From Candidatus Staskawiczbacteria bacterium (GTDB lineage Bacteria; Patescibacteriota; Minisyncoccia; Minisyncoccales; Staskawiczbacteraceae), in contig JBAZYR010000001.1 in NCBI GenBank assembly GCA_041659225.1, positions 98,087-162,086 of the forward strand: a stretch of DNA of 64,000 nucleotides. Direction: 5' to 3'. The translations under genes were made by a program, and so were the position numbers. Shown here in pieces: positions 57,318 to 64,000 of this stretch (its first letter is position 1; each line of letters begins with the position of its first letter). The notes beneath the pieces are model-generated. The model was not told the DNA's origin. It did not search any database and was given only the letters and a program-made list of their open reading frames with translations.

Positions 57318-60300
57318 AACTCAAAAAAAGATTACTATTTTTCTTTTGTGTAACTTTACTACTGAAAGCGGGCGCTGTTTTTGCTTCCGAAACTCCGGAA
57401 CTCGGCGGGCTAGATTTGACCAACATGATAGTTTATTTCTTTAATTTTCTTTTGTCAGCAGCGATTGGATTATCTGTCCTGGCAGTGGCCCTGGGAGGAA
57501 TCTATCATCTGATATCCCTAGGGTCCGGCAAGATGATCGGAGAGGGCAAGGCATGGGTAAAGGCAGGAATTTTAGGGTTATTAATTGTTATGTCTTCTTA
57601 TTTAATAATCTGGACCATTAATCCCGACCTTGTCACAATAAAAATAGCTAAACTATGGGGTCTTATACCTGTACCGGTAATCACGATTCCACCCCCGGGT
57701 CCGTTTGGACCATCGGCTGGAGCATTTGAAGAAATTCCTATAGGGATGCTGACTGAAAGGCTTTTATCGCGAACTTCGTATTGTTACGATTTTGGGGAAA
57801 ATGGCGATCCTATCGATGGCGATTTAGAAACAGATATCATGGAACCGACTTTTTTCCCAAATCATGACAGATTAGATTGTCTCTCAAAACTTGAAGAGGC
57901 TGCTGAGAGAAAAGCGAACATAGTCAAACAATTATCTAATGAAATAATAACATTGATGAGCGAGTGCAAATGTGGCGGACAGGAGGACATAAAGGAAGAG
58001 TGCTCGGCTCCGAGCGTAAATTCACTTGCGAATAGCGCGCCCATTAATGAACTAAAAAATAGAACATCATTCATTGCACGACTGGCTTTAGCAAAAAGCC
58101 AAAACACTCCCATAAGCCTAGCGGCGGAAGATCCTCCGTGTACCCCAGACGAAGTTAAGGCGTGCGACTCATGCTCTGCAAAGCAGTGCGATGCAGATGG
58201 GAAATGGGGCAGTTGCGTAGATTTTGATTTTTCCATGACTGTCGTAGAGATTCCGCCCGTGACCGTAGGCAAACCAGTAACTGCATATATAAATATAACT
58301 AAGGTATCTCCTTCTTGGGTTCCATCGGCATCCGTTTCCCTGACCTTCTCGGGCGCACCATCCGGAAGCTCTATAACACCGACGAAATGCTCTCCAAATT
58401 GTTCTGCAACAATGACTATTCCCACCGCAGGTATAAAACCGCAGGATAAATACAATGTCCTTATTAAAGGAAGCGCCTGCGGTCTTCACAGAAGCGTGAA
58501 CGCGTATTTTAAAATATTACCGGGACCGCCGGTGGGATTAACCGCCACATCGATTTTAGGTGACCGCTATTTAATAACATGGAAAAAGGGAGAGGGCGCT
58601 GAAAAAACAAGGATTCTTAGATCCATAGATGGAACAAGCAAAGAAATATATTTCGGCACAGAAGAATATTTTATCGATTCCGGGCTTACTCCTAATAAAC
58701 TGTACTGTTATGAAGCGGCGAGTTGGGCTCCGACAAATAATTGGTCTGAGAAAGTTACAACGAACTGCGTTTGTTCAGAAATTTTTAGACCCAGCCAGTG
58801 CCAGACAAATTTCAAAGACAAGTGTAAATATTGGCAGATAACTCAGGACCCAAGCACCTGCGACACTGGCGCCTGTGAAGGTAATGACGGACGCTGCGAG
58901 TGCAATATTAATCCATTATGCAACCCTCCGTGCCCGCCGGGAAACAAAGAAAAAGCAGCCCATGGTCCAATAACCTTTAATTCGTGCGAAGGCGCAGAGA
59001 AAGACCCTTCAAAGGAAAAAGTATACAAGGGGCTAGATGAGTTCAAGGTTGATTTGATTGAACTGATTGAAAAAGTTGGGAAAGAAAAAGTCTGTAAAGG
59101 TATATGCTCTACCTTGAAGTACGGCTTTGACGGATGCCAGGAATTCTGCGAGGGGCTAAGTCCCAAAGAAATTTCCGAACAATACGATGCGGACACTGTC
59201 GTTACGGCGCTCATCGAGAGTGATATATGGAAAACAACATTAGAGGGAAAAGAGGTGGACATACCTGTTATTAATAAAGAGATTTGGGACACCATACCCC
59301 TAGTAGCGCAAATAAAATATTTTAACGGGAAAATAAAGTCTCAGAAGGCCGGAATTGACACCGACCTAAACAATCTATACGAAGTCGAGAACAAACTCGC
59401 AGGCTGCTACGCACCAAAATCCTATCTAGGTTTATTAAGACTAATGCAACAAAATAGCAATATAACAGTCGGGGGTGCCTCCGGTGATATTTCTAAATAT
59501 TGCAAAGGATTCGGACACAATGACGGGATATTCAATCTATGCCAAAAGATATGTCCGGCTATTAACAAAACTTCATTCGCATCGCTGAGATCCTGCGGCG
59601 GCGATGCTGATTGCGCAAAGACGGAATTCTATAAATGTCCGGAAGATAACGATCTCGGGGTTGAAACATTCAAGGAGTGTTTGACAACAGCAGCAGAGCA
59701 ATGCAAAACATCCTGTCAAAATGAATATCCGAATTGTGAAGACGCGCTTAAGGGTTGTGAAGATGCTTGTGAGACCGACTCGGAATATCTTTTTGAAAGA
59801 GATGAAATTAATGTTAATTTCGGGCAAGTCGCGCAATGTGCAAAAGACCACGATATTTTTGAAGACTTTGTAAAATGCATGGAATCAACAATCCCCATGT
59901 ACTGCACAAGCCAATATCCTGGATACCCGGATTGCCGAGTCGAACCACCTTTAAAAGAAGATGAACCGTCTACATCTTTGTATTTTTATCAAAACCCCGA
60001 ACGACATAAAGACTACCTAAGTACTTTTGTCGTTCCGAATAAAGTTTCCCCCGTCTACCCTGAAAGCAAAAAATGCCCATTCTTTTCGATGTGCCCACAA
60101 TGTCCATATAAAGACAAGGAATTTGACGAAAAAGGCCTTTTTTGTAACGCCGATTGTATGGACTTTTCATATAACGACGACCCGTTAACTTTTTATTGCA
60201 GGACATCGTGGGCCCCTGAGTTTCTCCCGGAAAACTATGGATGGACATGCTCGGCAAATAATGAAATCCCCGTCGGCCAAACAGTTGATGAGGCTGAAAA

Positions 60301-60970
60301 GTGGGGAAAGGATATGTCTGAAAAAACAGGCAAGTTCATCGAGACCCTATCTAAAATGATAAAAGACATGGATACTATAGGCGAACAAAAAGACTATTGT
60401 GAATGTAATAGTATTTGCAAAATAGAGAAAAAAGACGATCCTCCGATAACGGATCAAGAGAGGTGGGATCTCGAAAAAACATGTAACGCAAAATGCGAAT
60501 ACAATGAAAGGCACGTTCAGGGCACTGACCCTGACACGGGCATGAGTTACGACTACTGGGTATGCTATTGTGCCCAGAAACCCTGCGAAGGGAATCCGTG
60601 CCAAAAGATTATTAACATGCTAGCAGGAAAGGATGGAGCTGCTAAATGCCCGGAGGGGACAGAATATAAAGGAATGTTTTGGTTTCATGAAGAAATTAAA
60701 AAAACGCTGACGGAATCCGATGAATTAATAAAAAAGGGCAGATCTGAACCATTGAAAAGATTGGCTTACTCACGAGATAGGATGGATGAATGCGGCGCAT
60801 TATCCACGGAATATGGCGCAAAAACAATGGAGCCATTAGATTGTACTACTTCCTACTTCAGCACACACACTATAAAGGAAAGGTGCTATGGCATATTAGA
60901 GGGCATCGTGCGCGACCCGAGCGAAAACCTTCTAGACAATTGGTTCTGTTGTTCTGCACCAGTCCAATAG
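57314..60970 (+). CDS. Giant pilin-module fusion: signal peptide + VirB2-type two-TM module + approx. 1100-aa Cys-rich ectodomain (Ig-like and FN3-like segments)
   Basis: aa 1-106 carry a signal peptide, TM1, loop SLGSGKMIGEGKAWVK, TM2 and TINPDL. An FN3-like segment reads PPVGLTATSILGDRYLITWKKGEGAEKTRILRS...LYCYEAASWA. The mature part contains dozens of Cys residues. Confidence 0.6.
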   Translation: MKLKKRLLFFFCVTLLLKAGAVFASETPELGGLDLTNMIVYFFNFLLSAAIGLSVLAVALGGIYHLISLGSGKMIGEGKAWVKAGILGLLIVMSSYLIIWTINPDLVTIKIAKLWGLIPVPVITIPPPGPFGPSAGAFEEIPIGMLTERLLSRTSYCYDFGENGDPIDGDLETDIMEPTFFPNHDRLDCLSKLEEAAERKANIVKQLSNEIITLMSECKCGGQEDIKEECSAPSVNSLANSAPINELKNRTSFIARLALAKSQNTPISLAAEDPPCTPDEVKACDSCSAKQCDADGKWGSCVDFDFSMTVVEIPPVTVGKPVTAYINITKVSPSWVPSASVSLTFSGAPSGSSITPTKCSPNCSATMTIPTAGIKPQDKYNVLIKGSACGLHRSVNAYFKILPGPPVGLTATSILGDRYLITWKKGEGAEKTRILRSIDGTSKEIYFGTEEYFIDSGLTPNKLYCYEAASWAPTNNWSEKVTTNCVCSEIFRPSQCQTNFKDKCKYWQITQDPSTCDTGACEGNDGRCECNINPLCNPPCPPGNKEKAAHGPITFNSCEGAEKDPSKEKVYKGLDEFKVDLIELIEKVGKEKVCKGICSTLKYGFDGCQEFCEGLSPKEISEQYDADTVVTALIESDIWKTTLEGKEVDIPVINKEIWDTIPLVAQIKYFNGKIKSQKAGIDTDLNNLYEVENKLAGCYAPKSYLGLLRLMQQNSNITVGGASGDISKYCKGFGHNDGIFNLCQKICPAINKTSFASLRSCGGDADCAKTEFYKCPEDNDLGVETFKECLTTAAEQCKTSCQNEYPNCEDALKGCEDACETDSEYLFERDEINVNFGQVAQCAKDHDIFEDFVKCMESTIPMYCTSQYPGYPDCRVEPPLKEDEPSTSLYFYQNPERHKDYLSTFVVPNKVSPVYPESKKCPFFSMCPQCPYKDKEFDEKGLFCNADCMDFSYNDDPLTFYCRTSWAPEFLPENYGWTCSANNEIPVGQTVDEAEKWGKDMSEKTGKFIETLSKMIKDMDTIGEQKDYCECNSICKIEKKDDPPITDQERWDLEKTCNAKCEYNERHVQGTDPDTGMSYDYWVCYCAQKPCEGNPCQKIINMLAGKDGAAKCPEGTEYKGMFWFHEEIKKTLTESDELIKKGRSEPLKRLAYSRDRMDECGALSTEYGAKTMEPLDCTTSYFSTHTIKERCYGILEGIVRDPSENLLDNWFCCSAPVQ

Positions 60971-61012
60971 ATTAACCCGTAAATAAATATTTTAAAATTT
61001 AAAAAATAAAAA

Positions 61013-62512
61013 ATGCAAAATTCAAAGTTAAAATACCTATTTCTAAGTATTCTGATCACCTTCGCTCTATTACAGGGCAGTTATTGCTCGGCAAGAGTTC
61101 TTGAAGTTCCTGGGTTACCGGGTATAACCGACCAATCAACCCTGCCACAATATGTTGTGGCTATCTTCAGCTATATAATGGGCATTGGAGTAACTCTGGC
61201 TTTTTTGTTTTTACTAATCGGCGTTGTCCAGTATATGACTTCAGCGGGAAGGACTGAAGCGATAAGCAACGCTAAAAGCAGAATAAAAAGTGCTATATTG
61301 GGATTATTCCTAATGCTTTCTTCTACTATTATTCTAGTCACTATCTCGCCTGAGTTAAAAAATATTAAAATTGAAACACTCAAACCAGTCCCTGGAACGA
61401 TTAAATTAATAAAGGGGGAAGAAGTAAGAACATTCCCAACGATAATGGGCGACACAAGCAATATTGCAGACTACACAATATCTTGGCCATCAACGATTGA
61501 TGGACAACCTAACTGCTTATTCGATGCTTCCGGCAAACAAATAAATGCTACTTATGTTATCTACCCATATGACGAAGTAGGGTTTAAAAAAATAAAAGCC
61601 GAGACAAAACGCATAAAGTGCGGTGAGAGTACCTCAATCTATTTCGCATCTTATACGAGCGCCATGGAGCAACCCGGAGTTTACTTTTTCCCTGGTGCTG
61701 ATTGTGGCCTTATTGCGCCAGGCTCTTCGGAGGGCAGTTTACCACGGTTTTTCGGACAGATAACTATTGATAATTGGAACGGCGATCGCATGAACTCGAT
61801 AAGAATAGTTAATGGAGATGACCCCAGCAAAGGACCGTTTTATGGCATGCTCATTTTTAAAGGAGTAAACCAAACTACTTCTGAAACGGGCGTGGAGGAT
61901 TGGCAGAGCTTAGAACCTTGCGGAGATTTTAATTGTCTTGGTAGAACCAGGGAGTCGACTTGCCTGGGAATGGGAATACTTGAGGGATCTTCATTCACTA
62001 TATACCCCTGGGTTGGCTATGATAGCTCTGGAAAAGTTGCAAGCGCTGGCAGCGGGATAGAAATGCGGACGAGACCCAGTTGGCTAGGCGGCAGATTTTT
62101 AATTTCTGATATTGATATCCGGGATAAAGGATATCTGCAGGTTGAGCCAGGAGATTATGAGCCAGACTATTCTGGCGCTGATGTCCCAGACGAAGAGCAA
62201 GACCTTTGCCCTGATTTTGGATACCAAACTTCCGGAGATAATCACCACTGTCTTAATTCTCTCCATATTTTGGGGAATTATATTGTATTATTTTCTGATA
62301 GCAAAGAAGCCGGTGTTGTAGATGCTGATGCACAACGCTTCCCGATCTCTAGGGCGCTATTAAAGGACACGCAAGGAGTATACAACGGCTATGACCCAGC
62401 CAACGGGCCAAGGGACCTAACCAAAGATTGGTATTACAATGACTGTACCCTTGGAAAATGTAATCACGAGGATTGGCTTACAATAATTCCTTTAGCGAAC
62501 AAAATTCCGTAA
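61013..62512 (+). CDS. Pilin-module fusion protein with approx. 380-aa ectodomain
   Basis: Signal peptide, LPQY, TM1, loop TSAGRTEAISNAKSRIK, TM2, TISPEL. The ectodomain is paralogous to the next gene (SLHILGNYIVLF versus SIRILGDYIVSL). Confidence 0.6.
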   Translation: MQNSKLKYLFLSILITFALLQGSYCSARVLEVPGLPGITDQSTLPQYVVAIFSYIMGIGVTLAFLFLLIGVVQYMTSAGRTEAISNAKSRIKSAILGLFLMLSSTIILVTISPELKNIKIETLKPVPGTIKLIKGEEVRTFPTIMGDTSNIADYTISWPSTIDGQPNCLFDASGKQINATYVIYPYDEVGFKKIKAETKRIKCGESTSIYFASYTSAMEQPGVYFFPGADCGLIAPGSSEGSLPRFFGQITIDNWNGDRMNSIRIVNGDDPSKGPFYGMLIFKGVNQTTSETGVEDWQSLEPCGDFNCLGRTRESTCLGMGILEGSSFTIYPWVGYDSSGKVASAGSGIEMRTRPSWLGGRFLISDIDIRDKGYLQVEPGDYEPDYSGADVPDEEQDLCPDFGYQTSGDNHHCLNSLHILGNYIVLFSDSKEAGVVDADAQRFPISRALLKDTQGVYNGYDPANGPRDLTKDWYYNDCTLGKCNHEDWLTIIPLANKIP

Positions 62513-62541
62513 AAAATCATAAAATCTCGTAACAGTGCCCG

Positions 62542-63681
62542 ATGAGTATAAAAAAAATTTATCTTTTCCCGGTAATCACCCTTTTCCTCCTTTCCTTCGC
62601 TGGTTTTTGCACCGCGGCAACTCTTGAGGTTAATTACCCGTCAATTCCAGGGGGAAGTATATCTGGGAATGCAGGTCTCCCCGAATATGCTTTATATGTA
62701 TACAAATTTGGCATGTTGTTTGGTTTTTTGGTGGCAGCCCTTTCGCTCGTCATCGCAGGTATCTACTATATCTTTTCAGCTGCAGTGCCATCGGCCAGGG
62801 CCTCAGCCAGAGATCGTTTAATGGGCACAATTACTGGAACAATCCTTTTGTCGTTAGTTTATCTAATTGTCGTAACGATTAATCCTGAATTAAGTATTTT
62901 CAGAGCTCCTAATCCTGTACCCATTAAAGTAACTACATTCAAGCCAATGTTTTCTGGTGTAAACCTTTATAAAGAAAAGGGCTGCGTCGAATCATCGGCA
63001 TATTCCTCAATTCCAATAACTTCAAGTATTCAAGACCTTATTGATTTTAAAAGAACTTTGAGATCACTAAAAATTACCCCCGATACAAATCAAAATATTT
63101 TGTACTTTGCCCTTACCCATGGCTTAACCAATTTTAAAGGGGAATGCCAGTACTTTTGGAATAATGGTCCATGCGAGAATGTAGATCCATTTTCTTCAAT
63201 AACTATTTATCAATTCGAAGAAAATCCCAAGGGGAATGGGGTTACTTTCTACAGAGAGCCATTTTTCGACGCAGCGGGCGGGTCCAAAACGATAACCAAT
63301 GACGAAATAAAAAACGAAGGGGTTTATAACGGCGAACTTAAAAATTTGACATTTGCCGATAACGACGGAAAATGCACTGTTCCAGAAAGCAAACAAGATT
63401 GCAAGAAATGGGACAAAAAAGGGGAAAAATGTTTAGAACGGACTTGCCCGAACTTAGTTGGAAAAAATATAGGCTCCATAAGAATTCTGGGCGACTATAT
63501 CGTGTCCCTCCTTTATTGGGACCCCATCATCACCGGAAGCAACGAGAAATGGATTGCCTGCCAAATGTTTCCCACAGTTGATGACGTAAACAAGAAAGGA
63601 CCAATACAGTTAAAATGGGAGTATATTTTGACGCGCGATAATTTACCTAACTGGGTCGTAATATTCCCGATAAGAAAATAA
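62542..63681 (+). CDS. Pilin-module fusion protein with approx. 260-aa ectodomain
   Basis: Signal peptide, LPEY, TM1, loop SAAVPSARASARDRL, TM2, TINPEL, then a Cys-containing ectodomain. Confidence 0.6.
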   Translation: MSIKKIYLFPVITLFLLSFAGFCTAATLEVNYPSIPGGSISGNAGLPEYALYVYKFGMLFGFLVAALSLVIAGIYYIFSAAVPSARASARDRLMGTITGTILLSLVYLIVVTINPELSIFRAPNPVPIKVTTFKPMFSGVNLYKEKGCVESSAYSSIPITSSIQDLIDFKRTLRSLKITPDTNQNILYFALTHGLTNFKGECQYFWNNGPCENVDPFSSITIYQFEENPKGNGVTFYREPFFDAAGGSKTITNDEIKNEGVYNGELKNLTFADNDGKCTVPESKQDCKKWDKKGEKCLERTCPNLVGKNIGSIRILGDYIVSLLYWDPIITGSNEKWIACQMFPTVDDVNKKGPIQLKWEYILTRDNLPNWVVIFPIRK

Positions 63682-63693
63682 ACTCAAGCATAG

Positions 63694-63720
63694 AAAAAAG
63701 CCGCGACATCGCGGCTTTTG
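63694..63720. terminator. Bidirectional rho-independent terminator
   Basis: aaaaaagccgcg-acat-cgcggcttttg between convergent genes. Confidence 0.8.
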
Positions 63721-63732
63721 AAGTTCTGGGGA

Positions 63733-64000
63733 TTATCGAGGTCTTATCACCACTCTCCTATTCGGCTCTATCCCATCGCTCTCGGCTATAACGTCAGATC
63801 TATCCGCTAATTCCATATGGACAATCCTTCTCTCATAGGCAGACATGGGCGAAAGTTCTTTATCTTTTTTATTGAAGGAAACCTCATCAGCTAAGCCACG
63901 GACTAAGTCTCTCAAATACTCTACTTTTTCTTTCTTATACCCGTTTATGTCGAAATCTAAATAGAAGTTCTTCCCAACCTTCCTATTAAGAAACACTCTT
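63733..64000 (-). CDS. jag: Jag/R3H-domain RNA-binding protein, 5' part beyond the window edge
   Basis: The C-terminus LSPMSAYERRIVHMELADRSDVIAESDGIEPNRRVVIRPR is a typical R3H domain. The ORF is open to the window end. Confidence 0.7.
   Translation of the reverse strand, partial: RVFLNRKVGKNFYLDFDINGYKKEKVEYLRDLVRGLADEVSFNKKDKELSPMSAYERRIVHMELADRSDVIAESDGIEPNRRVVIRPR

Noticed and set aside
1-64000. Alternative genetic code (UGA recoding, as in some candidate phyla)
   Set aside because: All conserved genes (ftsH, infB, pnp, copA, hppA, virB4 and others) are full-length and uninterrupted under the standard code.
1-64000. Prophage, IS element or integrative element explaining the GC-anomalous genes
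   Set aside because: I recognised no integrase, transposase, recombinase, phage structural genes or flanking direct or inverted repeats. The tRNA-adjacent HTH/LAGLIDADG-like gene is the only mobile-element-like candidate, and it is weak.

Overview
Gene-dense, low-GC window on the standard genetic code. Spot counts on single 60-nt lines give about 27-35% GC in core genes. I can support about 60 CDS, 18 tRNA genes, one T-box leader, and several promoters and terminators. No rRNA, CRISPR array, transposase or integrase was recognised. Housekeeping content: S1-like protein, ftsH, rplS, rbfA-infB, rny, clpP, tig, membrane pyrophosphatase, nusA, cca, rpsO-pnp, rsmA, htrA. A short IF-2, many tRNAs lacking encoded CCA, PrgI/VirB4 genes and VirB2-type pilin modules together suggest a small-genome Patescibacteria/CPR-like organism. 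That lineage call is inference only. Observations I rank highest: (1) 49.9-63.7 kb holds a T4SS-like locus (VirB6-like, PrgI/VirB3-like, VirB4 ATPase) with no coupling protein or relaxase. Three consecutive genes there fuse a VirB2/TrbC-type pilin module to Cys-rich ectodomains of roughly 260 to 1100 aa, and all share a T-I-(N/S)-P-(D/E)-L junction motif. (2) A complete T-box transcription unit drives only a 99-aa four-Cys mini-protein. (3) Two paralogous proteins carrying only a phosphohistidine swivel domain flank a high-GC LMW phosphatase gene. (4) Two ORF-bounded high-GC genes (about 58-63% GC) sit behind consensus AT-rich promoters, which suggests recent acquisition. Also present: a copper-handling cluster with unusual fusions, two NYN-domain genes (one wedged between rpsO and pnp), a PI3/4-kinase-fold protein, a repeat-bearing surface protein, and several tRNAs with non-canonical T-loops. 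All calls come from reading the sequence and ORF translations by eye. No searches were run. RNA ends are +/- 2 nt.
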